Below are positions 44,201-59,200 of a stretch of 64,000 nt of DNA, in pieces. Under the pieces are notes generated by a model, which saw only the letters and a program-made list of their open reading frames with translations, was not told the origin of the DNA and searched no databases. Position numbers and translations under genes: made by a program. Origin of the DNA: Nitrosopumilus sp. (GTDB taxonomy: Archaea > Thermoproteota > Nitrososphaeria > Nitrososphaerales > Nitrosopumilaceae). Position 1 is the stretch's first letter. Each line of letters starts with the position of its first letter. Where the stretch lies: NCBI GenBank assembly GCA_965219345.1, contig OZ244732.1, positions 32,001 through 96,000 on the forward strand, written 5' to 3'.

Positions 44201-47200
44201 ATTTCCGGTGGAATAGTATCTGGCAGCGCCGTGGTGCCGGCAAAGGTCTGGCTCGCTGCCGGGTTTGATGCGGTGTCAACCACGGTGCCAAGCGAATCGT
44301 CATAGGTTATAGATGGAGCATCGGATGCCGTGATGCCGGAGACGGTAAGCGTTATGGTGTTGCCCGAACTTGCGGGATCGGTGTTTGCCGTCACCGTTCC
44401 TCCGGTGGTGGAAAGGGTGAATCCTTGGCCGTCTGTGGTTGTGACGTCTATGTTCTCGCTGTACGTCAGGGTTATGCTGGTAGCCGAGGTCACGGCAGCT
44501 GCGGTGATTTCCGGTGGAATAGTATCTGGCAGCGAACGTGGTGCCGGCAAAGGTCTGGTCTTCTGCCTGGTTTGATGCGGTGTCAACCACGGTGCCAAGC
44601 GAATCGTCATAGGTTATAGATGGAGCATCGGATGCCGTGATGCCGGAGACGGTAAGCGTTATGGTGTCGTCCGAACCGGCGGGATCGGTGTTTGCCGTCA
44701 CTTCCCCGTCAGAGAGAGCAAATCCTGCGCCGTTTGTGGTTGTGACGTCTATGTTCTCGCTGTACGTCAGGACTATGCTGATAGCCGAGGTCACGGCAGC
44801 TGCGGTGATTTCCGGTGGAATAGTATCTGGCGGCGCCGTGGTGCCGGTAAAGGTCTGGCTCGCTGCCGGGTTTGATGCGCTGTCTGTCACGGTGCCATCA
44901 GACTCGGTGTAAATCACGTTTGGAGCATCGGATGCTGTGATGCCGGAGACGGTAAGCGTTATGGTGTCGTCCGAACCGGCGGGATCGGTGTTTGCCGTCA
45001 CTTCCCCGTCAGAGAGAGCAAATCCTGCGCCGTTTGTGGTTGTGACGTCTATGTTCTCGCTGTACGTCAGGACTATGCTGATAGCCGAGGTCACGGCAGC
45101 TGCGGTGATTTCCGGTGGAATAGTATCTGGCAGCGCCGTGGTGCCGGCAAAGGTCTGGCTCGCTGCCGGGTTTGATGCGGTGTCAACCACGGTGCCAAGC
45201 GAATCGTCATAGGTTATAGATGGAGCATCGGATGCCGTGATGCCGGAGACGGTAAGCGTTATGGTGTTGCCCGAACTTGCGGGATCGGTGTTTGCCGTCA
45301 CCGTTCCTCCGGTGGTGGAAAGGGTGAATCCTTGGCCGTCTGTGGTTGTGACGTCTATGTTCTCGCTGTACGTCAGGGTTATGCTGGTAGCCGAGGTCAC
45401 GGCAGCTGCGGTGATTTCCGGTGGAATAGTATCTGGCAGCGCCGTGGTGCCGGCAAAGGTCTGGTCTTCTGCCTGGTTTGATGCGGTGTCAACCACGGTG
45501 CCAAGCGAATCGTCATAGGTTATAGATGGAGCATCGGATGCCGTGAGATGCCGGATGCCGTGATGCCGGAGACGGTAAGCGTTATGGTGTCGTCCGAACC
45601 GGCGGGATCGGTGTTTGCCGTCACTTCCCCGTCAGAGAGAGCAAATCCTGCGCCGTTTGTGGTTGTGACGTCTATGTTCTCGCTGTACGTCAGGACTATG
45701 CTGATAGCCGAGGTCACGGCAGCTGCGGTGATTTCCGGTGGAATAGTATCTGGCGGCGCCGTGGTGCCGGTAAAGGTCTGGCTCGCTGCCGGGTTTGATG
45801 CGCTGTCTGTCACGGTGCCATCAGACTCGGTGTAAATCACGTTTGGAGCATCGGATGCTGTGATGCCGGAGACGGTAAGCGTTATGGTGTCGTCCGAACC
45901 GGCGGGATCGGTGTTTGCCGTCACTTCCCCGTCAGAGAGAGCAAATCCTGCGCCGTTTGTGGTTGTGACGTCTATGTTCTCGCTGTACGTCAGGACTATG
46001 CTGATAGCCGAGGTCACGGCAGCTGCGGTGATTTCCGGTGGAATAGTATCTGGCAGCGCCGTGGTGCCAGCAAAGGTCTGGCTCGCTGCCGGGTTTGATG
46101 CGGTGTCAACCACGGTGCCAAGCGAATCGTCATAGGTTATAGATGGAGTATCGGATGCCGTGATGCCGGAGACGGTAAGCGTTATGGTGTTGCCCGAACT
46201 TGCGGGATCGGTGTTTGCCGTCACCGTTCCTCCGGTGGTGGAAAGGGTGAATCCTTGGCCGTCTGTGGTTGTGACGTCTATGTTCTCGCTGTACGTCAGG
46301 GTTATGCTGGTAGCCGAGGTCACGGCAGCTGCGGTGATTTCCGGTGGGGTGGTATCTATTGGGGGATCAATTTCATCGGATGATGGTGCAATGTTGTTTG
46401 TGACCAACCTTGCATCAAAGCTGGCCAGTGAGTTTGGCTGCGTGGATAACGTAAATGGTTTGGGCAGTGTGTACTCGTTTACGTCACCATCAGCACCACC
46501 TACAACGAACATCTTTATTCCGTCACCAGAGAAGGCCAGGCCTGATGGGAATGTGTCTTGTGACACAGAGAAAGAGCCGGCATAGGTGACATTGGATACG
46601 TCAAAGGGGGCGGTTAGCGCGTACTCGTATACGGCATCGTTATAATTGCCTGTGACAAACATCCTTGTTCCGTCATTAGAGAAGGCCAAACCCTGTGGGA
46701 ATGTGTCTTGTGAGGATACTGGGAAGGAGTTGGTAAAGGAGACATTGGATATGTCAAAGGAGATGGCTAGTGTGTACTCGTATACGGCATCACTCTTAAG
46801 ATCTAGAACAAACATCCTTGTTCCGTCATCAGAGAAGGCCAGGCCTGATGGGAATGTGACTTGTGAGGATACTGAGATGAAGCGCCTTATGTCGGCAGTA
46901 GACAAGTCAAATGGGGTGGTTAGCGCGTACTCGTATACGGCATCGTCACCATCACCTACAGCGAACATCTTTGTTCCGTCATCAGAGAAGGCCAGGCCTG
47001 ATGGGAGCATGTCGTCAAAATACAGTAAGAAAGAGTTGGCAAAGGAGGAAGTCGATACGTCAAAGGGAGCGGATAATTCGTACTCGTATGCTGTAGCAGT
47101 AATACTGTCGGTGACAAACATCCTTGTTCCGTCATTGGAGAAGGCCAGGTCTGATGGATACGTTCCTTGTGAAGCCACCGAGAAAGAGTTGGTAAAGGAT

Positions 47201-50200
47201 GGAAGAAGAATGTCATCTATGCTGCCCGTGGTTTTGGCGTATGCCAGATGGATGACATCATTATTATCAAGTGTATCACTGAGGGCAAGGGTGACCGTGT
47301 CGGCAAGGATGGGGGTGATTCCAGTCACGGTCGGGTTTGTGGATATGGTGCCGGACAGCGCAAAGTCTCCGGGTGCTACAGAGCTGACTGTAACGTTTTC
47401 GGACAGTACGACGTCAATTGTTGATGCACTGGAAGTTTCGATAGAAGATACGGTTGGCGGCGCGTCATCGACTGTACGGTCAAAGGTCTGGTCCTCTGCC
47501 TGGTTTGATGCGCCGTCTGCCACGGTGCCATCAGATGCGATGTAAGTCACATCCGGTCTATCGGATGTGTTGGTAATGCCGGAGACCGTAAGGGTTATGG
47601 TGTCGTCCGAACCTTCGGGATCGGTGTTTGCCGTCACCGCTCCCCCGTCAGAGAGGCCAAATCCTGTGCCGTTCGTGGCGCTGACGTCAACGTTCTCGCT
47701 GTACGTCAGGGTTATGCTGGTAGCCGAGGTCATGGCAGCCGCGGTAATTGTTGGGGCATCGGTGTCTGGTGGAATGTTGTTTGTGACCAGAACTGCCACA
47801 AAGCTGGCAAGCGAGTTTGGCTGTGGTAACAAGTTAAATGGTTTGGGCAGTACGTACTCGTTTATGTCATCGTTAAAATCACCCAGGACAAACATCCTAG
47901 TTCCGTCGCCAGAGAAGGCCAGGCCTGATGGGGATCTGTCTTGTGAATCCACTGGGAAAGAGCCGACAAAAGCGGCATTGGATATGTCAAATGGGGCGGT
48001 TAGCGCGTACTCGTTTACGTCATTGCCAAGATCACCTATAACGAACATCCTAGTTCCGTCGCCAGAGAAGGCCAGGCCTGATGGGAATGTGTCTTGTGAG
48101 GATACTGAGAAAGAGTTAGCAAAGGAGGAAGTAGATACGTCAAATGGGGCGGTTAGCGCGTACTCGTTTACGTCATCGCCAAAATCACCTAGGACAAACA
48201 TCCTTGTTCCGTCACCAGAGAAGGCCAAGCCTGATGGGAATATGTCTTGTGAAGCCACTGAGAAAGAGTCGACAAAGGTGGCATTGGATATGTCAAATGG
48301 GGAGGCCAGTATGTACTCGTTTACGTCATCACCTAGAACAAACATCCTTGTTCCATCACCAGAGAAGGCCAAACCCTGTGGGAATGTGTCTTGTGAGGAT
48401 ACTGGGAAAGAGTCGACAAAGGAGGCATCGGATATGTCAAATGGGGCGGTTAGCGCGTACTCGTGTACGTTTTGACCACGGGAATCCAGAACAAACATCC
48501 TTGTTCCGTCATTGGAGAAGGCCAGGTCTGATGGATACGTTCCTTGTGAAGCCACCGAGAAAGAGTTGGCAAAGGATGGAAGAAGAATGTCATCTATGCT
48601 GCCCGTGGTTTTGGCGTATGCCAGATGGATGACATCATTATTATCAAGTGTATCACTGAGGGCAAGGGTGACCGTGTCGGCAAGGATGGGGGTGATTCCA
48701 GTCACGGTCGGGTTTGTGGATATGGTGCCGGACAGCGCAAAGTCTCCGGGTGCCGCATCGTTTACTATAACGTTTTCGGACAGCACGACGTCAATTGTTG
48801 ATGCACTGGAAATTTCGATAGAAGATACGGTTGGCGGGGCATCATCGACTGTACGGTCAAAGGTCTGGTCCTCTGCCAGGTTTAATGCGCTGTCTGTCAC
48901 GGAGCCATCAGATTTGGTGTAAGTCACATCCGGTCTATCGGATGTGTTGGTAATGCCGGAGACCGTAAGGGTTATGGTGTCGTCCGAACCTTCGGGATCG
49001 GTGTTTGCCGTCACCGCTCCCCCGTCAGAGAGGCCAAATCCTGTGCCGTTCGTGGCGCTGACGTCAACGTTCTCGCTGTACGTCAGGGTTATGCTGGTAG
49101 CCGAGGTCATGGCAGCCGCGGTAATTGTTGGGGCATCGGTGTCTGGTGGAATGTTGTTTGTGACCGACCTTGCATCAAAGCTGGCAAGCGAGTTTGGCTG
49201 CGTGGATAACGTAAATGGTTCGGGCAGTGTGTACTCGTTTATGTCAACACCATCATCACCTGAAACAAACATCTTTGTTCCGTCATCAGAGAAGGCTAGG
49301 CCTGTCGGGAATGTGTCTTGTGAGGATACTGAGAAGGAGTTGGCAAAGGTGGCATCGGATACGTCAAATGGGGAGGCCAGTATGTACTCGCTTACGTTTT
49401 GACCAAGGGAATCCAGAACAAACATCCTTGTTCCGTCATTGGAGAAGGTCAGATATTGTGGAGATGTGTCTTGCGATGCCACTGAGAAAGAGCCGACAAA
49501 GGATAAAGTGGATACGGTAAAGGGGACAGTTAATGTGTACTCGCTTACAGCATAGTCACTAGCATCTACGACAAACATCCTTGTTCCGTTATCAGAGAAG
49601 GCCAGGCCTGACGGGGCTGTTACTTGCGATGCTACTGAGAAAGAGCCGACAGAGATGGCAGCAGACAAGTCAAAGGGGGCGGCCAGTGCGTACTCGCTTA
49701 CGTTTTGACTATAATCACCTAGAACAAACATCTTTGTTCCGTCACCAGAGAAGGCCAAGTCTACTGGAATTGTGTCCTGTGGCACTGAGAAAGGGCCGGC
49801 ATAGGTGGCGGAAGATACGTCAAATGGGGCGGTTAGCGCGTACTCGTATACGGCATCGTCACCATCACTTAGAACAAACATCTTTGTTCCGTTATTGGAG
49901 AAGGCCAGACCTCGTGGGAATATGTTTTCTGAATCCACTGAGAAGGAGTCGACAAAGGATGCAGAAGCAGCAGAGATGTCATCTATGCTGCCCGTGGTTT
50001 TGGTGTATGCCAGATTGATGTCATCATCATCATCAAGCGTATCACTGAGGGCAAGGATAACCGTGTCGGCAAGGATGGGGGTGACTCCAGTCACGATCGG
50101 GTCTGTGGATATGGTGCCGGACAGCGCAAAGTCTCCGGGTGCCGCACCGTTTACCGTGACGTCTTCGGACAGCACGACGTGAATTGTCGATGTGCCGACA

Positions 50201-53200
50201 GTACCAATGAAGGACACGGTTGGGGGCGCGTCATCGACTGTGCGGTCAAAGGTCTGGTCTTCTGCCTGGTTTGATTCCGCGTCTGTCACGGTGCCAAGCG
50301 AATCGTCATAGGTTATAGATGGAGTATCGGATGTGTCGGTGATGCCGGAGACCGTAAGGGTTATGGTGTCGTCTGAACCTGCGGGATCGGTGTTTGCCGT
50401 CACCGTTCCTCCGGTGGAAAGGGCGAATCCTTGGCCGTTTGTGGCGCTGACGTCTATGTTCTCGCTGTACGTCAGGACTATCTCGGTAAGGGAGATCACG
50501 GCAGCTGCGATGATTGTTGGCGGAATGGTGTCCGGCGGCGCCGTGGTGCCGGTAAAGGTCTGGTCTTCTGCCGGGTTTGATGCGCTGTCTTCCACGTTGC
50601 CATCAGACTCGGTGTAAATCACGTTTGGAGCATCGGATGCTGTGATGCCGGAGACGGTAAGCGTTATGGTGTCGTCCGAACCGGCGGGATCGGTGTTTGC
50701 CGTCACTTCCCCGTCAGAGAGAGCAAATCCTGCGCCGTTTGTGGTGCTGACGTCTATGTTCTCGCTGTACGTCAGGACTATGCTGATAGCCGAGGTCACG
50801 GCAGCTGCGGTGATTTCCGGTGGAACGGTGTCCGGCAGCGGGGTGGTGCCGGTAAAGGTCTGGTCTTCTGCAGGGTTTGACGCGCTGTCTGTCACGGAGC
50901 CATCAGACTCGGTGTAAATCACGTTTGGAGCATCGGATGCTGCGGTAATGCCGGAGACGGTAAGGGTTATGGTGTTGCCCGAACCTGCGGGATCGGTGTT
51001 TGCCGTCACCGTTCCGGTGGAAAGGGTGAATCCTTCGCCGTTTGTGGTTATGACGTCTATGTTCTCGCTGTACGTCAGGACTATCTCGGTAAGGGAGATC
51101 ACGGCAGCTGCGATGATTGTTGGCGGGGTGGTATCATCTATTGGGGGATCAATGTCATCTGGTGGCGGTGTCGATGCAATGTTGTTTTTGACCGACATTG
51201 CCGCAAAGCTGGCAAGGGAGTTTGGCTGCGGAAGCAAAGTAAATGGCTTTGACAGCGTGTACTCGTTTACGTCACTGTCATCATTGCCTACGACAAACAT
51301 CTTTTTTCCGTCAGCAGAGAAGGCCAAACCTCGCGGTTTTGTATCTTGTGAGGTCACTGGGAAGGAGCTGGTAAAGGAGGAAGTGGATACGTCAAAGGGG
51401 GCGGATAGTGCGTACTCGTTTACGTCCTTGCCAGAGAGACCTATGACAAACATCTTTTTTCCGTCGTTGGAAAAGTCCAGACCCCATGGACGTGTATCTT
51501 GTGAGTTTACCGGGAAGGAGCTGTCAAAGGTGGCAGTGGATACGTCAAAGGGGGCGGTTAGCGTGTACCCGTATACGGCAATGTCATTATTACCTGTGAC
51601 GAACATCCTTGTTCCGTCAGCAGAGAAGGCCAAACCTCGCGGTTTTATATCTTGTGAGGTCACTGGGAAGGAGCTGTCAAAGGTGGCAGTGGATACGTCA
51701 AAGGGGGTGGATAGCGTGTACTCGTATACGGCACCGCCAAGATCACCTACGACAAACATCTTGGTTCCGTCGTTGGAGAAAGCTAGGCCTTGTGGACGTG
51801 TATCTTGTGAGGCCACTGGGAAAAAGTTGGCAAAGGTGGCAGTGGATACGTCAAATGGGGCGGTTAGCGTGTACTCGTGTATCATATTTTGATCCTTACC
51901 TACGACAAACATCTTTGTTCCGTTAGCAGAGAAGGCCAGGCCTAATGGAGACTGGTCCCTTAACACCACTGAGAAAGAGTCGACAAAGGACGGAGGAGCA
52001 GAAATGTTATCTATGCTGCCCGTGGTTCTGTTGTATGCCAGGTTGATGACATCATTGCTATCAAGCGTATCATTGAGGGTAAGGGTGACCGTGTCTGCAA
52101 CTGCCGTGATTCCAATCACGGCCGGGTCTGTGGATATGGTGCCGGACAGCGCAAAGTCTCCTGGTGCCGCATCGTTTATTGTGACGTCTTCGGACAGTAC
52201 GATATCAATTGCCAGTGTGCTGGCAGTACCGATGGAGGACACGATCAGCATTGTACTGGCAGTTGTACCGGCAAAGGTCTGGTTTGCTGCAGGGTTTGAC
52301 GCGCGGTCTGTCACGGTACCATCAGACTCGGTGTAAATCACGTTTGGAGCATCGGATATGGTGATGTTGGAGACGGTAAGCGTTATGGTGTTGTCTGAAC
52401 CTGCGGGATCGGTGTTTGCCGTCACTTGCCCGACGGAGAGGGTGAATCCTTGGCCGTTTGTGGTTGTGACGTCTATGTTCTCGCTGTACGTCAGGAGTAT
52501 CTCGGTAAGGAAGGTCACGGCAGCTGCGGTGATTGTTGGCGGGGTGGTGTCTGGTGGAATGTTGTTTATGACCGAATCTGCCGCAAAGCTTGCAAGCGAG
52601 TTTGGCTGTGGGAATAGCGTAAATGGCTTTGATAGCGTGTACTCGTTTATGTCATCACCATCATTGCCTACGACAAACATCCTAGTTCCGTCGCCAGAGA
52701 AGGCCAGGCCTTGCGGATTTTCGTCTTCTGATGCCACTGAGAAAGAGCTGACAGGGGCGGCAGTGGATACGTCAAAGGGGGAGGCCAGCGCGTACTCGTT
52801 TACGTCATCGCCAATAAGACCTACGACAAACATCCTAGTTCCGTCGCCAGAGAAGGCCAGGCCTAATGGGAATGCGTCTTGTGAGGCCACTGAGAAAGAG
52901 CTGTCAAAGGTGGCAGTAGATATGTCAAAGGGGACAATCAGTACGTACTCGTTTACTTTACCGCTACCAGTACCTACAACAAACATCTTTTTTCCGTCAT
53001 CAGAGAAGGCCAGGCCTGATGGGAATGCGTCTTGTGAGGCCACTGAGATGGAGTTGGCAAGGGTGGCATTGGATATGTCAAATGGGGTGGATAGCGCGTA
53101 CTCGTTTACCTTACTGTTAGAATCACCTACGACAAACATCCTAGTTCCGTCACCAGAGAAGGCCAGGCCTGATGGGAACCTGTCTTGTGAGGCCACTGAG

Positions 53201-56200
53201 ATGGAGTTGGCAAGGGTGGCATCGGATATGTCAAATGGGGCGGTTAGCGTGTACTCGTTTACGGCATTTCCACTAAGATCTAGAACAAACATCTTTGTTC
53301 CGTTATTGGAGAAGGCCAGGCCTGATGGATACGTTCCTTGTGAAGCCACTGAGAGGGAGTTGGTAAAGGACGTGAGAGCAAGAATGTCATCTATGCTGCC
53401 CGTGTCTTTGGCGTATGTCAGATTGATGTCATCATTACTATCAAGCATATCACTGAGGGCAAGGGTGACCGTGTCGGCAGCGGCCGTGATTCCAGTTACG
53501 ACCAAGTTTGTGGATATGGTGCCGGACAGCGCAAAGTCTTCGGGTGCCGCACCGTTTATTTCGACGTCTTCGGACAGCACGACGTCAATTGTTGATGCAC
53601 TGGAAGTTTCGATAGAAGATACGGTTGGCGGCGCGTCATCTACTGTACGGTCAAAGGTCTGGTCCTCTGCCTGGTTTGATGCGCCGTCTGCCACGGTGCC
53701 ATCAGATTCGATATAAGTCACATCCGGAGTATCGGATGTGTTGGTAATGCCGGAGACCGTAAGGGTTATGGTGTCGTCCGAACCTTCGGGATCGGTGTTT
53801 GCCGTCACCGCTCCCCCGTCAGAGAGGTCAAATCCTGCGCCGTCCGTGGCGCTGACGTCAACGTTCTCGCTGTACGTCAGGACTATGCTGGTAGTCGAGG
53901 TCACGGCAGCTGCGGTAATTGTTGGGGCAACGGTATCTGGTGGAATGTTGTTTTTGACCGGATCTGCCGCAAAGCTGGCAAGCGAGTTTGGCTGTGGTAA
54001 CAAGTTAAATGGTTTGGGCAGCACGTACTCGTTTATGTCATCGTTAAAATCACCCAAGACAAACATCCTTGTTCCGTTGCCAGAGAAGGCCAAGCCTGAT
54101 GGGGATCTGTCTTGTGAGGCCACTGGGAAAGAGTTGGCAAGGGTGACATTGGATACGTCAAATGGGGCGGCCAGCGTGTACTCGTTTACGGCATCGTTAA
54201 AATTACCTACAACGAACATCCTTGTTCCGTCGCCAGAGAAGGCCAGGTCTAGTGGGAGTGTGTCTTCTGATGCCACTGAGAAAGAGCCGACAAAGGAGGA
54301 AGTCGATACGTCAAAGGGGGCGGTTAGCGCGTACTCGTTTACGGCATCGCCAAGATCACCTACAACAAACATCTTTGTTCCGTTGTTGGAGAAGGCCAGG
54401 CCTGATGGGAATACGTCTTGTGAATCCACTGAGAAAGAGTCCACAAAGATGACATTGGATATGTCAAATGGGGCGGCCAGTATGTACTCGTTTACGTCAT
54501 TGCCTTCATCGCCTAGGACAAACATCCTAGTTCCGTCGCCAGAGAAGGCCAGACCTTGTGGGAGTGTGTCTTGTGAACCTACTGAGAAAGTGTTGACAAG
54601 GGTGACATTGGATACGTCAAATGGGGTGGATAGCGCGTACTCGTTTACGGCATCTCTATCAAGATCTAGAACAAACATCTTTTTTCCGTCAGCGGAGAAG
54701 GCCAGGCCTGATAGATCCGTTCCTTGTGGAGCCACTGAGAAGGAGCTGGCAAAGAATGAAAGAAGAATGTCATCTATGCTGCCCGTGGTTTTGGCGTATG
54801 CCAGATTGATGTCATCATTATTATCAAGTGTATCACTGAGGGCAAGGGTGACCGTGTCGGCAAGGATGGGGGTGATTCCAGTCACGGTCGGGTTTGTGGA
54901 TATGGTGCCGGACAGCGCAAAGTCTCCGGGTGCTACAGAGCTGACTGTAACGTTTTCGGACAGTACGACGTTAATTGTCGATGTGCTGGAAGTTTCGATA
55001 GAAGATACGGTTGGCGGCGCGTCATCTACTGTACGGTCAAAGGTCTGGTCTGCCGCCTGGTTTGATGCACTGTCTTCCACGGTGCCATCAGATTCGATAT
55101 AAGTCACATTCGGAGTATCGGATGTGTTGGTAATGCCGGAGACCGTAAGGGTTATGGTGTCGTCCGAACCTTCGGGATCGGTGTTTGCCGTCACTGCTCC
55201 CCCGTCAGAGAGGCCAAATCCTGCGCCGTCCGTGGTGTTGACGTCAACGTTCTCGCTGTACGTCAGGACTATGCTGGTAGCCGAGGTCACGGCAGCTGCG
55301 GTAATTGCTGGGGCATCGGTATCCGGCGGAATGTTGTTTGCAACCGGGGTTGCCACAAAGCTGGCAAGCGAGTTTGGCTGTGTGGATAACGTAAATGGTT
55401 CGGGCAGTGTGTACTCGTTTATGTCAACGCCATCATCACCTGAAACAAACATCTTTGTTCCGTCGCCAGAGAAGGCCAGGCCTGATGGGAATGCGTCTTG
55501 TGAGGATACTGAGAAGGAGTTGGCAGAGGTGACATTGGATATGTCAAAGGGGGCGGTTAGCGCGTACTCGTTTAATTTACTGTTAAAATTATCTAGAACA
55601 AACATCCTTGTTCCGTCATTGGAGAAGGCCAGACCTCGTGGGAATATGTCTTCTGAAGATACTGGGAAGGAGCCGGCAGAGGTGGCAGTAGACAAGTCAA
55701 AGGGGGCTGTCAGCGCGTACTCGCTTACAGCATAGTCACTAGCATCTACGACAAACATCTTTGTTCCGTTAGCAGAGAAGGCCAGGCCTGACGGGGCTGT
55801 TACTTGCGATGTTACTGAGAAAAAGCCGGCAGAGGTGGCAGCAGACAAGTCAAATGGGGCGGTTAGCGCGTACTCGTATACGTTTTGACTATCATCATCT
55901 AGAACAAACATCTTTTTTCCGTCACCAGAGAAGGCCAGGTCTACTGGAAGCGTGTCCTGTGGCACTGAGAAAGGGGCGGCATAGGTGGCGGAAGATACGT
56001 CAAATGGGGCGGCCAGCGTGTACTCGTATACGGCATCGTCACCATCACTTAGAACAAACATCTTTGTTCCGTCGTTGGAGAAGGCCAGGCCTGATGGAGC
56101 TAGGCCTTCTGAATCCACTGAGAAAGAGTCGACAAAGGATGCAGAAGCAGTAGAGATGTCATCTATGCTGCCCGTGTTTCTGGTGTATGCCAGGTTGATG

Positions 56201-59200
56201 TCATCATCATCATCAAGTGTGCCGCTAAGGGTGAGGATAAGCGTGTTTGTAGGTGTGGCAACTGGATTAATGATATTATCACATTCTGGCGTAGCAAAAC
56301 AAAGGGTGGGGATAAGCGTGTTTGTAGGTGTGGCAACAGCAGCAGCATTGATAATTCCAGTTACGACCGGGTTTGCAAATATGGTGCCAGACAGCACAAA
56401 GTCTCCTGGTGCCGCAGAGCTGACTGTAACGTTTTCGGACAGTATGACGTGAATTGTCGATGTGCCGACAGTACCAACGGAGGACACGGTTGGCGGCGCG
56501 TTATCGACTGTGCGGTCAAAGGTCTGGTCTGCCGCCTGGTTTGATGCACTGTCTTCCACGGTGCCAAGCGAATCGTCATAGGTTATAGATGGAGTATAGG
56601 ATGTGTCGGTAATGCCGGAGACGGTAAGGGTTATGGTGTCGTCTGAACCGGCGGGATCGGTGTTTGCCGTCACCGCTCCCCCGTCAGAGAGGCCAAATCC
56701 TGCGCCGTCCGTGGTGTTGACGTCAACGTTCTCGCTGTACGTCAGGACTATCTCGGTAAGGGAGGTCACGGCAGCCGCGGTGATCTCTGGCGGAACGGTA
56801 TCCGGCAGCGGGGTGGTGCCGGTAAAGGTCTGGCTCGCTGCAGGGTTTGATGCGCCGTCTGTCACGGAGCCATCAGACTCGGTGTAAATCACGTTTGGAG
56901 CATCGGATGCGGTGATGCCGGAGACGGTAAGTGTTATGGTGTTGCCCGAATTGTCGGGATCAGTATTTGCCGACACCGTTCCTCCGACAGATAGGGTGAA
57001 TCCTTCGCCGTTTGTGGTTGTGACGTCTATGTTCTCGCTGTACGTCAGGACTATCTCGGTAAGGGAGGTCACGGCAGCTGCGGTGATTGTTGGCGGGGCG
57101 GTGTCTGATGGAATGTTGTTTGTGACCAACATTGCCGCAAAGCTGGCAAGGGAGTTTGGCTGTTGGAATAGCGTAAATGGTTCAGATAGCGCGTACTGGT
57201 GTACGTTCTTGCTGTTATCACCCAAGACAAATATCCTCGTTCCGTCAGCAGAGAAGGCCAGGCCTGTCGGGGATTGGTCTTGTGAGGATACTGAGAAGGA
57301 GTTGGCAGAGGTGGCAGTGGACACGTCAAAGGGGGCGGTTAGTGCGTACTCGTATACGGCACCGTTATAACCACCCACAACAAACATCTTTGTTCCGTCA
57401 CCAGAGAAGGCCAGGCCTCGCGGGAGTATGTCTTCTGATGCCACGGAGAAAGAGTCGACAAAGGTGACATCCGATGTGCCGGCGACATTCGATACGTCAA
57501 AGGGGGCGGTTAGCGTGTACTCGTATACGGCACCGCTAAGATCACCTATAACGAACATCCTAGTTCCGTCGCCAGAGAAGGCCAGGTCTGCCGGTAATGT
57601 GTCTTGTGAGGATACTGAGAAAGAGTTAGCAGAGGTGGCAGTGGACACGTCAAAGGGGGTGGTTAGTGCGTACTCGTTTATGTTATTGTCGAAACTACCC
57701 ACAACAAACATCTTTGTTCCGTCAGCAGAGAAGGCCAGGCCTCGCGGGACTGTGTCTTGTGATGCCACTGAGAAAGAGTCGACAAAGGTAGCAGTGGACA
57801 CGTCAAAGGCGGCGGATAGTGTGTACTGGTGTACGGCATCGTTATCGCTACTAATACCAGTACTCACTACAAACATCCTTGTTCCGTCATTAGAGAAGGC
57901 CATGCCGGTTGATTCCGAGTCTTGTAGATCTACTGGGAAGGAGCTGAGAAGGGGCGGAAGAGGGATGTCATCTATGCTGCCCGTGTTTCTGGTGTATGCC
58001 AGGCTGATGGCATCATTGCTGTCAAGCGTATCGTCAAGGGCAAGGGCTACCGTGTTGTTTGTAACAGCGGTGATTCCGGTCACGGCCGGGTCTGTGGATA
58101 TGGTGCCGGACAGCGCAAAGTCTTCCGGTGCAGCACCGTTTATTGTGACGTTTTCGGACAGCACGATGTTAATTGTTGATGTGCTGGCAGTTGCAATGGA
58201 GGACACGGTTGGAGGCGCGTCATCGGTTGTGCCGGTAAAGGTCTGGCTTGCTGCCGAGGTTGATGCGGTGTCTGTCACGGTGCCGGATTCCGCAGAGTAG
58301 GTTATATCCGGCCTGTCGGATGTGTTGGTGATGCCGGAGACCGTAAGTGTTATGGTGTCTGCCGCACCGGCGGGATCAGAGTTTCCCGTCACTTCCCCGA
58401 CGGAGAGGGTGAATCCCGTGCCGTCTGTGGTTGTGACGTCTATGTTCTCGCTGTACGTCAGGACTATGCTGATAGCCGAGGTCACGGCAGCTGCGGTGAT
58501 TTCCGGTGGAACGGTATCCGGCAGCGGGGTGGTGCCGGTAAAGGTCTGGTCTTCTGCAGGGTTTGATGCGCCGTCTGTCACGGAGCCATCAGACTCGGTG
58601 TAAATCACGTTTGGAGCATCAGATTCGGTGATGCCGGAGACGGTAAGGGTTATGGTGTTGCCCGAACCGGCGGGATCGGTGTTTGCCGACACTGTTCCGG
58701 TGGAAAGGGTGAATCCTGCGCCGTTTATGGTTGTGACGTCTATGTTCTCGCTGTACGTCAGGACTATCTCGGTAAGGGAGGTCACGGTAGCTGCGGTGAT
58801 TGTTGGCGGGGTGGTGTCTGATGGAATGTTGTTTGTGACTGACATTGCCGCAAAGCTGGCAAGGGAGTTTGGCTGCTGGAATAGCGTAAATGGTTCAGAT
58901 AGCGCGTACTGGTGTACGTTCTCGCCGGAATTACCCAAGACAAATATCCTCGTTCCGTCAGCAGAGAAGGCCAGATCTGCCGGGGCTGTGTCTTGTGATC
59001 TCACTGGGAAAGAGTCGACAAAGGAGGCAGTGGACACGTCAAAGGGGGTGGTTAGTGTGTACTCGTTTATGTCATCGTCGAAACCACCTACGACAAACAT
59101 CTTTGTTCCGTCAGCAGAGAGGGCCAGGCCTCGCGGGAATATGTCTTGTGATGCCACTGGGAAAGAGTCGACAAAGGAGGCAGTGGACACGTCAAAGGGG

